Shown: one piece after another, positions 25,401 to 37,400 of the stretch
How positions within the stretch are numbered: position 1 is the first letter of the stretch
Layout: each line of letters opens with the position of its first letter
Source of the DNA: Lingula anatina
Lineage: Eukaryota > Animalia > Brachiopoda
Direction: 5' to 3'
DNA length: 64,000 nt
Assembly (NCBI GenBank): GCA_051362555.1
Contig: CM120642.1
Span: 30,752,001-30,816,000 of the forward strand
The notes under the pieces: generated by a model
Database searches by the model: none
What the model saw: only the letters and a program-made list of their open reading frames with translations
Told to the model about the DNA's origin: nothing
Program-made: the position numbers and the translations under genes

Positions 25401-27973
25401 ATCTGGAGTCCAGACCTATTTTTTACGAACGAAAAGCAGGCCAGATTTCACGCTATCACCACACCCAATCATATGATTCGAATTAATGGCGATGGACAGG
25501 TTTTTTTCAGTTCAAGGTATTAGACACCGTTATTTTTTAATAATCATATACCGCTTTCCCCTAGGGTGAGTTCCTTTAATGTAATGTCTATTAAAATAGG
25601 TTTTAATTTCTGATTTTGATATCTATATGAAGTCTATATAAATTTTAGAAGTTGACATCACATAGGTACAGCGCTTTACTGTTCTAAAATGACATGCGCG
25701 TTTTTTCTTTTCTATAATACATATTTAAGTATATTCCCGGGTAAAAGGTTAGTTGTGTTTCTTAAAATGATTTATGGCATTCTGATTATTTAACTTAATT
25801 GACAGGATAACGCTTACAGCTCAGTGTCCTATGCACTTGGACAAGTTTCCGATGGACACACAGACGTGTCAACTCGTGTTAGAAAGTTGTAAGTATGGCT
25901 CATTTTCATTTTGCTAAACACTTGAATACGAGAATAATTATCTTACAGTTGCCGTATTATTGAATATCTTACTCGTGAAGAAATGACCAAAAAAAGGCGG
26001 TAGAAATTTAGAATTTATTCCTTTTATAAAATGTAGAGCCCAGTTCCTGTACTCTCCCCCCCCCTTCCTGCCCCTCCAATACCCGCGCTCCGGTCTTCCA
26101 ATGCTTGCCTGATAATTCATGTTGACGAGTGACGCAATGGATTACCAAGTTCCGGAATAAAACTTCATTAATGATATTTGCAGTTGCGTATACCACAGAC
26201 ATAATCCAGTTTCACTGGTCGCAAGAGGAAAAAGAAGAACAGAAACAGATTAACCTGTCCCAGTTCAATCTGATAAATACCTCACATCACGAGAGAGTTA
26301 AATCTTACAAGTCTGGGGATGTTCAACGTGAGTTAACACATTATTTAAGCTGTTACAGCATTAATGATTTTTCTCACTCTGCCAGAGTAACTGACATTAT
26401 CGATTTTAAATCGGCCATCCAAGTACTGAAACGTCAGGGATTATCATTAATGTATTGTTTTTGACGATAGCACGGTTATGCATTAGGCACATATATGTAG
26501 ACCAAAGTGTTACGTCTCCATTACCATTAAAACAGAAGCTGGCTTTTTTTCACAATCACGCACTATTCATCTGTTCAATTAATAGTTTCAAACACACCCT
26601 GTTGGAGGGTGTTCTTTAGTACTCGACGGAAGCTCAGGGTAACCACTTGTGCAACTGCTGACTACTTTTTGAAAAGAGAATGCGTAAATCCGCGTGCGTC
26701 GAAGAAAAATTCACTCCTTTTTCTTAGAAATATGTTCGTCTGAAGATTACTGCACAATCGTCAAATAAAATTTGAAATGCGTCTAAAAAATATATTTCAA
26801 GGATAACAGGCACTGTTTTTTATTCAATTTTATAAATTTGTAGGCCTATAGATATAAGAGAAAATAAAAATAATAAAACGGGAGACATTTTTCAGAGGTG
26901 TTCCAGGTTTTCTGTTAAATGTTTCAGGTAACTTCACGCGGCTAATAATGGAATTCGTCCTGGAGCGAGACTATAAATACTACATCATCCAAACGTACAT
27001 CCCAAGCATACTGATCGTGTCTCTGTCCTGGGTAGGATTCTGGATCAGCTACGACTCTGTTCCAGCAAGGATCACACTTGGTTTGCTGACCGTCCTCACG
27101 CTGACGACACAATCGTACAGCATACTCCAGACGTTACCGCGCGTGTCCTACGTCAAGGCCATTGACGTGTGGATGTCCACGTGTCTGATTTTTGTGTTCT
27201 TGGCTCTGCTGGAGTTTGTGCTGGTCAACACAAGTCATAGGAAGATAACGAGGCGGTCCATCAAAGGAAATGCTCAAGTAAGAAAATTGATGTAAAATTG
27301 AAACAAAATATATTTTGAAGGGTTATCCATAATTGGCCAGCGTTGATCATTTATACTTCAGAACTTTTAAATGAAAAAATTTAGATCTAACCTATAACTT
27401 TTGTCTTAGGTTTTTTGCCAATTCTGCTTTGCCTATAATGCTATTAACCTAGTTTATTCAATCGAACGCGAACATTTAGACAATCTGTCGTAAGAATCTT
27501 GGAAATTGGCTTTATTTTCTCTTTGTTTAATGGTTTTTCGTCGTTACAAATGTTTGTTCATTTCAGATAAAAACTTGTTTGTTCCAGACGCCATACTTTA
27601 TCCATTCGTTCATGTATCATTACGTTTTTTTCGAATTCGGTTTTGATCACATTACGATTTGAAACTGTACGTATTTATACGAATTCTGACTTTCAGTTAT
27701 AAAGTGATCCTAAATGGCAGCATAACTGAATTACGAACGAGACTTACTGCCTTTTTACTAACGATCTTAATTCCAATGTTTCAGCTACCACGTAAGGCGA
27801 ATAGTGCCAAAGAAGATGACGAAAACCATCGAATTTGGCGATATAACGAAATAAGAGCAAGCACGGTGGATAAATGTGCCAGAGCGTTCTTCCCGTTGGC
27901 TTTCCTGATCTTCATTATCATATACGTGTCAGTGTACACAGCGATGTCTGATGTTAAATATCCACACGACTGA
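13491..27973 (+). CDS. Cys-loop ligand-gated chloride channel subunit, glycine receptor alpha-like, ~422 aa
   Basis: Exons 13491-13630, 24039-24103, 24784-24851, 25287-25516, 25806-25888, 26184-26327, 26928-27277, 27785-27973 (1269 nt, phases consistent). Motifs IWSPDLFFTNEK; Cys-loop CPMHLDKFPMDTQTC; M1 YIPSILIVSLSWVGFWI; anion-selective PAR motif before M2; LPRVSYVKAIDVW; M4 DKCARAFFPLAFLIF. Exon 1 is the least certain. Confidence 0.9.
16090..17445 (+). CDS. LINE ORF1 (N-terminus missing) with SGNH/GDSL esterase domain
   Basis: The frame is open from the insertion junction with no initiating ATG near it. SGNH blocks VISDSIGK, IIGSNN, WDGIHLS. Confidence 0.85.
   Translation, partial: SKSKSILSDQIETIKTTISHISALSDSRYLETTAILSKITKQLYYLTEKIDGKPQCRTTTVTTGTQCETSTTISKQKTTINKGTQSEPLSPPKQKATISSGTQCEEADYLNIQRASSPPVQANKGQDKDVNNTDNKADSSLPPVSVKLSPVNKAAKQPAISHVPELTAVIPPPVSPASVPACEPTTSSSTEVPVITSSIDNSHPQTSANPSTRNEGTVNISISEINTSSPEVDNVVISDSIGKGIQAKKLFPKTNSSCYVLNGKKIADAKNLMTEKHFGHPKSITIIIGSNNISSNQPPNQVANEMKELIHCAKQQYPTTTVIVCNILPRWGNKRFNDNAQEANALTHEFCKTQPSVKYMHNTNIVCRRDFFAWDGIHLSQSGTIALARNIKLTTGSNPSTNGRYPHPPQPQHPWSNRKTYHHRTNQQHHLRFGHELKLLRECLSKLESIL
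17908..21351 (+). CDS. LINE ORF2: AP endonuclease, reverse transcriptase, C-terminal CCHC-type zinc motif
   Basis: Uninterrupted ~1147 aa. Motifs NVRGL, ETF, IGDFNAR, VDY, SDH (APE); FVDFRKAFD, GIRQGDNLSP, LYADD, YLG (RT); CPHC...EDEAHFFLEC. Confidence 0.97.
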   Translation: MLRIGMRNVRGLAKKLSDDNFISTVQSFDIFVCIETFSTVRSKIALPGGTHGHTEQLRTKTKMKGRPSGGIVIYYKKELMKSIHVLSSKSENLLWVKLASEHVGLEKDVFLCAVYVKPCNGPSDERTIEILEEEIANYQPHGSICLIGDFNARTGTLPDFIKDDNMFGIPMTASYPTNRLSQKRNNIDTIVNTQGKTLLELCRSSNLRILNGRTKGNLVGYPTCFNKHGCSAVDYAITSEGLMSKVMYLTVSPIDYLSDHCLLDLAISTTGTKAMSNAHSIHKFKDRYIWDTESAENFLKALETEESLKSISQAQTTHFPVSKDGIKNACDKLTVIIEKAADMSLRKRKAATNTKTKQKPKRMKKQPWFDNTCSEIRRNIKHLGKLLQNNPHNNYISQTFHITTKKYKQLLRQKKREYKDALLTKLLNSEKNNPKEFWQTLKTLKEREDKSNIISPDTWQQHFHQLCGIPPTDNQQINDEIKRYEEMEGDLVLNSPITIGEVKNAIKKLKNGKAAGEDSIRNEMLKTGVNYLVGLITKIFNLALNTCETPDAWNLGLILPLYKSGDRTDPSNYRGLCITSCLGKLFNSILTNRITQFIETNQKLSEEQAGFRPGYRTTDHIFTLKSVINKYLNKNKRLYTCFVDFRKAFDTVWHKGLFIKLLRQGIRGKIYKLIKYMYNNTRLGVSVHTGFTEPFLSKIGIRQGDNLSPVLFNIFIDDIKSELHINDTSTRVDGLSHILYADDLVLLSQTKEGLQTLLNKLENYCLKWKLKVNENKSKVMVFNKLGKIDPHTFTINNRPIETVKQFSYLGIIFTNTGSLKQTMENLKQKALKAMFSLKGMLNSQEISSPLLTMKLFDQMIKPILLYGCEVWAQEIFIDKKMTLHKLNKMPFEQIHLKMCKWTLGLRKTSSSNACRAELGRLPLYLDIVSLVSKYSARLDNLPTHRLVKQAYDMEQTEKGKNWFWATTNLSACWEVYHPNNNTHTKIHNHQYLKEEIIKKIKSNFWEELQKGENNKLRTYGKIKHTYEAELYVKLNVPLAQKRVLAKMRISDHELEIERGRYTKPKKPIDKRKCPHCDSVEDEAHFFLECSEHRVEREILFASIPEVNLQGPTDNKLSILLNPLSAQSVIAICKFVNSAIKKRVSLRG

Positions 27974-28948
27974 ACCAAGTAACGATTTTTTTCTATAGAA
28001 ATACATGCGGATCCTCGCCAAGCATATTGTACGTTGTTTTTTTTTTCGCATGTACACAAACAACTCAGCTCGTGCTCAAAGGACAGCACATTCTTATCAA
28101 GTCTGCCGTCAAGTGAGTTCTGTGACATTCAGAGGGTGTACTTTTTTGTGTGGGGAGTCATTGCTTAAACGGCAAAGAAGATTGACTACAAGGCTGCACA
28201 TGAAGAAGTTGTGATCCTGGATTTTACACCATATTTAATATTGATCGACCAGAATGACTTTGAGAAAAACTACTAATTGCAAAAATATATATGTTGTCTC
28301 TCGTCTTTTTGTTGATTGGCTTAAAAACCGTACTGAACATTTAGTAAATTTGCCCTTATAATTCAATGTATTGATAAATGCCAGTTTCTAATACGTAGTA
28401 TGGAACTTGTGTGGGAATTGCAATTTTGCGGTAGTTGAGATCATGCATTAAGATGGGAAGTTCGTTGAATGACTTGAATGCGCGCGGCATTTGATGTTAC
28501 ATATATCACTAATTTTGTATGTATTCGTTGCGTTACGTCTGAATTACGTACGTAATGTTCTTACATTACTTTGCAAATGTGTTTATAACATTTTACCAAC
28601 ATACACTGGACTTTTATAAGTAGATTTTGTCAACAATTAGCTGTGCAAACGTTTAAAGTGTAGGTCCTATTATTCATATATATTGCTTATCATTTTATAC
28701 CTTAGATCATGCGGAATAGATAAACTACTGAAATCACAAGTTGTCTTTGTCATTCCATCCTGAGACCTACCCTGGGCGTTCCCAAATTTTACACAATATT
28801 ATTCATGTATAAATACATTTATATTTAAATGCATTACTCTGCTATCTGCCTGTGCGGATAATTTGTTTGCATTGTGTCACGTTAATAATATTCTTAAACG
28901 TCTCATGTAGGCCTATGTTGTTTAGCCCGGAACTCTAGCTTCCATTAA

Positions 28949-29471
28949 AGGCATCCTATTCGAGATTTTCGCTCCAAATTATAATTTCGTCGAGAAAAGA
29001 TATTTCTTCTATATACGGCTCAAGTCACTTGAATCTGATATTTTATACCATTATTTTAATCTTAATAATTTAACAATAATTTAAAAAATTATAGAAAATC
29101 TGATGTCTGTCAAGACCACCAGTTTTCCTGACATTTCAGAAGGAAATGCATCATCATGCACTTATAGAGGAGTTTTATCATTTCCAAAGGTGTAAATTGA
29201 GAGAGTTAAGACCATATTAATTAGCCTTTTCGGGATAAATTTAGAAATAACTTTCAAAATACATTTTTTTTTCTTTTTCTAAAGCGAGGCACACAATCGG
29301 AACAGAGGGAGCACGTGAAAATGTTTTCTTGTTGTTGTTGTTGTTGTTTTTTTTATTTATAATGGTGCAAGGCTCAATTAAAATACTTTACTATATAGAT
29401 CTAACTCTTTCCTGATAATAAAAATAAAACTTGTTTTTAATAAAGCCATATTGCATTGTTAATAAGTAACT
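28949..29471. mobile_element. Possible old Kolobok-type MITE
   Basis: TTAA|AGGCATCCTATT ... AATAAGTAACT|TTAA: TTAA flanks and AG..CT termini, but only a weak TIR match. Confidence 0.25.
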
Positions 29472-30023
29472 TTAATTGATATTTTAAAAGAATTGAAATC
29501 TTCAACACAGCCCGACAACACGCCAAATAAAGCGATCTACGTGACCTAGTTCTGTAACGAGGCTCAAGCAGCTCGGATGTTTTTACCTTGTGCTAGGTTT
29601 GTGACTTATAATTTAATATTGAATTTGCAGTAAATAAATAACATATCTGTATATACATACCCTATATATTAAGTTGACTATTGATAGTGCTTATATATTT
29701 TGAGTTCATGTGCAAAGACGTCATTGATTCATCAAGATCCTACTTTGGGCCCAGGACAACCGCCAAGCATGCTCCGTACAAAAAGAGTTTCAAGCCGAAC
29801 AACTACAGGTATTTTTACATTGTGATTTATCTCCAAATTTAGGTTTGTATGTCGTATGTCTGTTTATGTGGGTTTGTGGTGGTGGTGGTGGTGGTGGTGG
29901 TTGGGGGGGGGGGGGAGGATATCAAGAAGGAACTAATTATAACTCCACAGTTGTCAACTGAAACTCATCATGATATTAATTGAAGTTTTCATCTAATTTT
30001 GCAACTTTGTGGTCAGGATCATC

Positions 30024-33000
30024 ATGGCATACAGTAGCAATGTTCATATTTGTGAGGGAAAGGACATCCAGCAAATCATCAGTGAAGTGCAAGAAAGCCT
30101 GACAGAGATTACAGTGGAAGCACTAGAGAATGGAAAACCCACCAAGGACAGATACATCAAGGTATGTGCATTATTTGTAGCCATCAAGACTAGCTGAAGC
30201 TATCAGTTTGGTAACAGAAAGTATTAAAAGTTTTAGAAATGAAGATGAATTCATCTTTCTGAATTTATCATATAATTAACTTGTAGTAGTATCACTGATT
30301 GGGATGTAATCAGGATATTTAATTGAGACATTGTTGGAGATAGTTGGTTATTTAAACAATTATCACCCTTTAAAAGTTTGTTTTCAAGTCCTGATAAAAA
30401 GCTATTTTTTATTTTACTGCAGGCTAAAGTATTGACCAAATGGCCGCCAGTACCACATAAAAACAAAGGCACCACCTTGATGAAAACCATTTTGCAGGAT
30501 GTGGAAGGTGAAAGATGAAAATTATTGCTATAAGTTATAACATTGCTGCTGTTTATCAATAAATTTGAACAAAGATTGAAATTCCTTATATGATAATAGC
30601 TAATCATTTCTTAAGATTTCATATATAAAATTTTGAATACAGAATGCATGCTATATCAGAATCTCGCATGAGTGTCACTGTGTGTTCATGAGTTTGAATG
30701 TGTTTGTTTGTACAATGTATTTCCTACGTACTCGATTCTTTTACTCTATTACATTTTAATATGCACTTCATTTTCACTTTTTAAGGGAAAAGTGAGACAA
30801 TCAGTGGATGTTTTTGGGGTGATTATGCAACAGCCTGTGACTGTTTGGAAGTTGGGGTAGGTTTCACTTTTCACATACAGTGTTGACATTAAAATTAAAA
30901 CTTCTAATTTACCTGTTGAAAATGGTTTTACTGATTAAGTAATTGATTTACTTGCAATTGTCAGGTTGGAAAAGAACCAGTTGAATTATCTCTTAGTAAG
31001 GAAAAAATCTATGCAGTTACAATTATCGAGGGAGATATCTATGTAGAAAAAAATTTGTTAATATCATCTATCAGAGATGTGATTTAGTGAGTCAGATATT
31101 GATGAAAAAACTAGATACAGTTGGTGAGATGTTTGATATGTGTCAAGAGTTAGCATACAGTGCCCTGAATTAGGATATTGTTGTAAGCTGTTTATTTTTT
31201 TTCTTTTCTATTTTGAAAGGATGTTCTTGTGATGAATGATGTCTTTTTGGAGAAAAACACAAATAGATTTGTGACCAGCCACACATGCCAAATAATTGTG
31301 GATGAAAGAAAAAGCAAGCCTAAAATCTGGGTAATTATAATTTATATTACAATATATTTTCATTACAGTATATCACTGTTAATAAGGGGTTGTTTTGAAA
31401 ATTGTTGTCAATAATTTTGGAAAGTGTTTTTTTTTTTTTTTGTATTTTGTGGCCCTGCCTTACAAGGTTCAATGTGGGAGTAAATACACTCAAAAAATGA
31501 CAATGAAGAACCAGTGTTTAGAATAAATGTGGAACTTGGTTTTAAAATTGAAAGTGACATGAACAAATGCTTGTAGTCACTTCATATACACACAACAAGC
31601 ACATCTTCATACTTTTTATTGGAGGAAAAAAATGAGAGGAGGATAGAAAGTTGTCAGAATTTTGTTTATATTATAAGTGACTGAAATGACTACCGTGCCT
31701 GCCTTTATCACCTTATCTTTCATTCTGCTTATATCCACCAAGTAATGCTATTTTATTTTGTGCAGATTGTCAAAAAACAAAAAGATGACAGTGGAGAATT
31801 GCCTGATGTAATAGAAACAGAAAGACCTGGGTCAGAAAGAAGTCCAACCAAGGGCAAGATGCCTGTACAGGAAAAACAGAAAACAAGGATCAAAAGCAGA
31901 GAAGTGCAACACAAAGATAAAGACAGGGACACATTTCAAATGAGAATTAAACTTCAGAAATCTCAAAATAAAATGAGGGAAGCAACAAAAATAAGAGATG
32001 CAACTTCAGATGATGGAGAAGAGGAAACGGGGTTTGAAAGCAACATGGAAGTCTCTTATACCAGTGGCAGATCAAATAGAAATAATGCTGATAAAAACCC
32101 AGGAAATCGCCCTGTTGATTGTCAAGGAAGAGCAGAAGCAACTGTCAACAAACAAAACACAACTGTCTCCCCAGAAAGACCTGTTAAAAAGCTAAAGGTC
32201 AGCGCATCAGTTCTTGGAGTAAACAAATCTGTTGAAATTATATAAGATGTTTGAAAAGAAATGTATGATTAAGCAGTTGTTTTGAGACACAAAATTATTG
32301 TTGAATCTTGAACTTGAGTGACAATACACTGCACTTTGCATACAGCCAAACATGCACACTTATAAGAAACTTCTATGCACCAGAGTTCAGATAAAGATAA
32401 TTCATTTCGAAGAAGGTTGTTGTTTATTTTTGTGGAACTCTGTAATTGGAGATTAAATTTACCATGTACTCTCGTGTCCTGTGGTTCCAGGTTGGTGAAA
32501 CAAACAGGAAGTACACCTACGTCCCTCTCAGTAAACTGACCAGAGGAGCCACAGTGGACGTTTACGCCGTGGTCAAGTTTTTCAAACCGCCCACTAAGAC
32601 ACGATGTTCAGGTGAAGTTTAGAATACAGTTAATCTTAAATTGAAGATATGCCGTTCTAAAAAAAATGGAACATTGATTCACTGAAAGATCCATACAATG
32701 AAGTGGCAAACAAGAGATGTTTATCTCTCCACTTTTAGGGGATCTTATGCTCCTGGAACTTGGGTGTCATCTTTGTTTTTGTGCTTTGTTTCTGTGGCTA
32801 GATTTTTCTTACAGGAATGTAGTTTGTGCCAAGATTGGATAATGCATAAATTATTTATTTGAAAGAGTGTACTAGTAGGTTTTATGAAATTTAAAGATTA
32901 AGCTTTTTGGAATCAGCAATATAAAACATACCTGTGTCAGATTACATGGAAGCTGCTTGTAATTTTGAGATACTTTATTTAAGGTAACAGTAAAAACCCT

Positions 33001-34361
33001 GTCCTCAGTCTTTTATTTATCAACAGACATACATGTAGTGTGTGAAGTGGGTGTCACAGTTTTGGACAAACAGACTTATCTTATGCTATTCAGACTACTA
33101 CATGGTTCTCTCCTTGGTGGACCCATCTCTGGCAGACAAGGAGAAAATCAAATGCATTTTGTTTGCAAAGAGCGCTACAGATTTACCGCCTGTCCAAACT
33201 GAGGGAGAAATAGTCAGGATGCATAGACTGAAGGTAGTGAGGCTGTTGTGTATATTATTACAATACTTCTTTATCTCATTAAAACATCATCCAGTATTGA
33301 TTTAATTTGTTTGTTTTTTTCTTGGTGGATTAATGTCTGTTATAGATATTCATGCTTTGTGCAGGTTGTTGGAAACATTTGTCAGCATGTTTTTATGACG
33401 ACATTTAAAACATTTTGATATTTCATGGTTTCTCAACTCAGTTTGGGTAGCTTTTGACAAATGATTTCTGTATTTAGATAAAAAAATCAAAAAATGAAAA
33501 TGAAAATCAATTGAAAATACAAAATTCTTAATGTATGCTTTAGCCAGACCCAATAATTTTTAACATGTATGAAAAGAAAACATTCAGAGTGTGCTAATGT
33601 GATCAGAAAAGCTCAAAATATGATTGCTTGCTCTATACTTTATATGCCCAGTAAACATTTGTGTCCGTTGCAGATTGGGACTTTTAATGGGGAATTACAA
33701 GGACAGAACGGGCCAGGCTTCTCCTGTATTGTTTTCTCTGCTGACCTGGAGGATCCCATTGAACCTAAGTCCACCACCAGGGGGTACACTCTGACTGACC
33801 AAGACAGGCTGAAGGTATGTGTGTAATTATGAGCAGCCTTGAGGAGAATATGTGATTTTGTTATTGTAATGTTATCTTTTGTTATGTTATGTTTTATTGG
33901 TGCTCCTGCTTGTTTTATATTCACCTAGTCTCCTTTTTGTATCATTGTTGAATTTAATGCACCGTGTAAGCATGCACATATGCACAGACATAGATTTTTT
34001 GATTTATTGGAAATCTGGTAACCTTTTTTGTGCACACTATGTACATAATTAAATAGAATACGTGTCCTGTGTGCTTAACAGTCACTTTGAGGAATTTGTT
34101 CTTAAAATATTAATATTTAATTGCAGCACTTGCAATGTGAGTCCACAACTAGGAGTAAGATAACTGACTGTAGATTTATATTGTAAATGGAGATGATAAA
34201 ATAAATATTTATTATCACTTGCATTATTGCATACGCCAGGTGGAGGAGCTTAGAGAATGGTCTTTACAAGGGGAATGTTTCAGTCAAGAAAGGGATAACA
34301 GGTGCACTCTGGGAGAATGTGTGGTTGGCCAGTACTTTGATTTGTTATGCCAGGTAATCAG

Positions 34362-34414
<53 letters not shown>

Positions 34415-37400
34415 ATTGTACATGGGAGGAGAATGGTCTCAATCTGTCATAAAGGCCACTTCCCAAAGCCTGGCTTTAGTCATCATCACATTATAAAAAT
34501 GTTTTGTAGTTTTTCAAATTGTTAGTGGGTTATGAGAAGTTTTCCTCCAGTTTTTAACTTTCGTCAAATCTGTGTAAATCAACAGGCATGTTGTAGATAA
34601 AACGTTCTAAACTATGGCTGTGCTATTTCATATAGTTTCATATTTCAGGTAGTTGGTATTGGAGAGATAGAGGTGGAGGTTGGCAGGTGTGTTTTACTAC
34701 AGGTGTGGGATGGGACCAAGATGTCCAGGTAAGTCTTCACACCTTAAATATTATATTGGAAATTTTTCATGTCACATCACCTGAAGCTTTTGGGGACTAC
34801 CTTTTGCCCATCCTTGCCAGGATGTTGTGCTGTGAGGGTGGGGGTGGGGGGGGGGGGGGGGTGCTGTCTTGTGACTGTTCACACTTTTTTCTGTGATATA
34901 TGACTGATAAAAAATTCTCCTTACCTTAATGATTTTCTGTTCATATCTGTTTTAAATTGCTTTCTTTCATTGCATTAAGTTAAAAATGAAAGTAATTTTT
35001 TTCTACTTTTTTTATGTAATATAAGTTAACTATCAGTTAGCATAATACCTGCAGATGTTCATTTTAAATTCATACCTGCAAAATGATCAGAGAATTTGGC
35101 ATAGTTGTGTTGTCAGCTCATTACTAGTACATATATGTGTTTTTTCTGTACACCTCATAATGACAGTTTACTTTGTTTTCACATAATTTTATAATTATTC
35201 AACTGAGGAGCAATATCTATACAGGCTTTAGAGTTCTCATGTCTTACTGACCCAAGTAAGGTTTTTTTCTTGCTTTTTAGGAGGACTGACTTTTTTGTGA
35301 CAGTGCCTTCTTGTTCTTCAACAACTTGCAATTAGTTCTTCGATTCCACACCACTTTCAGATAATACACTGATCTCAGGACCATTTTGTCTTTTTTTCTC
35401 TGTATTTACAGCCCCTATCATAAGTGTGATATTGCGAAGGAAGACTTTCACATTGATGAACAACTTACAGAAAGAGCCCAGGACTTCACTGTTGATGTCT
35501 ATGTATTTGATGACCATGTGCCTGTTGCTCAAAAGTTCAAGGTGAGAAAAAGATGGTCTAAACAGTAGAAGATGTCTCAGTTCTCTCAGAATACTGCAAA
35601 TGAGTCTCAAGAGACCAAAACTGTCTGCATGTAGTGTGTGAAATGAATGGTGGGTATTTACAAATTATATAAAGTAGTATTGGGGTTTCTATCTTATTGG
35701 AACCAATTGCCAGATATGTCAGCTTTACCAATTCTCATCTACTGTTTTTTTTACATTAGCTCTAGATCTGTGGGCAGCCTCTCATCTTATTGATTTGAAC
35801 AGACATACTGTATTTTAAAGTCATTTTCCATTTTCGTCAGCCAAATTAAATTATCTATAGCATTTGAGTTAGTTACAGGAGTATATATGTAAGCATTGGC
35901 TCAGGTTCGCATATATATTATATATTAAATAGAAACTGTAATCATTATTACATTAATGTTTTTCTGTATTCTTAGCCTGGTCAGTTTATCATGCTGAAGA
36001 ATCTCCATGCTGCTATGTACAAGGATGAAGACACCCGTCCCGAGTTGAGTGCTGTCCCCACCATAGAACTCTGCCTGCACAAAGGGACATCATATGGCCG
36101 AGGAATAATGGTCATGGCTGAAGGCAGCAGAGAAGTGACCTGTTTAAAAGAAATTATGAATGGGGTATGATCTTTCTAGGACTTGTGCCTTTTTTTTTTT
36201 TTTTCAACACATCTACTGAAAGTGTCATTTGTGATCAGGTCAACATTTGGTGACATTTTTATTTCTTTGCTTGCTAAGAGTGCTCTCAGGCAGACTGACT
36301 TATACCAGAAATAGACATATTTACACTGTAGAACAACAGGTAACAAAGACCCCGACATGGATGAAGCTTTGAAAGCAAACAACCTTGTTCTGTTAACTTT
36401 TCTAGGACCTGTCTTAGTCTAATTGTAGGCATGTCTTTATGGTGGAGATTTACTATTGATGAGCTGTTGTTAACCGATTTCTTATTTGTACACTAGGTTT
36501 TTGGAGCAGTATGTTGTAGTATGATTTGTGCATTGGTAGTGATTCAAAGCAGGCATGAAGAAAATGATATGAACATTTGAGCCTATTTTCAGGTTTGTCC
36601 TCAGCTGCAAGATGAGGGGGCACCTGGTAGTCCCAATAATCCTCAGCCAAGTACTTCTACGGGTAAGTCCACAAGCCCTGGAAAGATGGGGGAGACAGCA
36701 AACAAAAACTCTAACAGTATGTTCAGCAGAAATGTGATATTACCTAGTTCTCCCCAACCCAGCACATCCAGAGGAGTTTCAAAAAGCCCAAGAAAAAGTA
36801 GAGACACAGCAGACCAGAGGTCAAGCAGGTCAGAACATAGTATTGGGCATTCTATGGAACCAAGAGTAGAAAATGTAGTCATAATTGATGAGAGCGAGTC
36901 TCTTGATTTGAACAGCAGTCCCAGTGGCAAAGACACAGTGGGAGGTGCCCAGGCTGGTGGTGCCTCCTATAGTCCAAGAAAAACACCACATCAGGCTAGG
37001 AAAGTGGACAGATGCCTTTTGAAAACTGCATCAGGTATTAAAATTCGTCTCTGACTGAGTAATTTTTTGAGGTATATTTAAATTTTTTTTTAATATATGT
37101 ATATTACGTTTGTTTAATACATTTAGCAAGGCTTTGTCTGCCCATCTGAAAATTCTGAAATAAAATACATTTTCCTACATTTTACCTTTAAAGCATAATG
37201 TAAAAGTACATGACACTTTGATAAATTGTATAATTTCCAAATAAATTTAAAAGGGGGCACCACATAGACATCTTTTGTCATCTTTAATTTTGAAATAGTC
37301 ATTGAATGGCAAATAAATGTCTATTTTACACTTCAGTTATCAACGGACACCATCACTTAGAAATCTCCACAATACAAGAAGTCTTACATCACAGTGTTCC

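Noticed and set aside
30786-30860. ORF-track frame GKVRQSVDVFGVIMQQP, which resembles the OB1 motif VDVYAVV
   Set aside because: Splice phases of the flanking exons require the other frame (KSETISGCFWGDY...EVG); this frame hits a stop whether spliced or not
30965-31087. Possible extra POT1 exon (VGKEPVELSLSKEK...)
   Set aside because: It reaches a stop before a convincing in-phase donor, and exons 3 and 4 join cleanly without it
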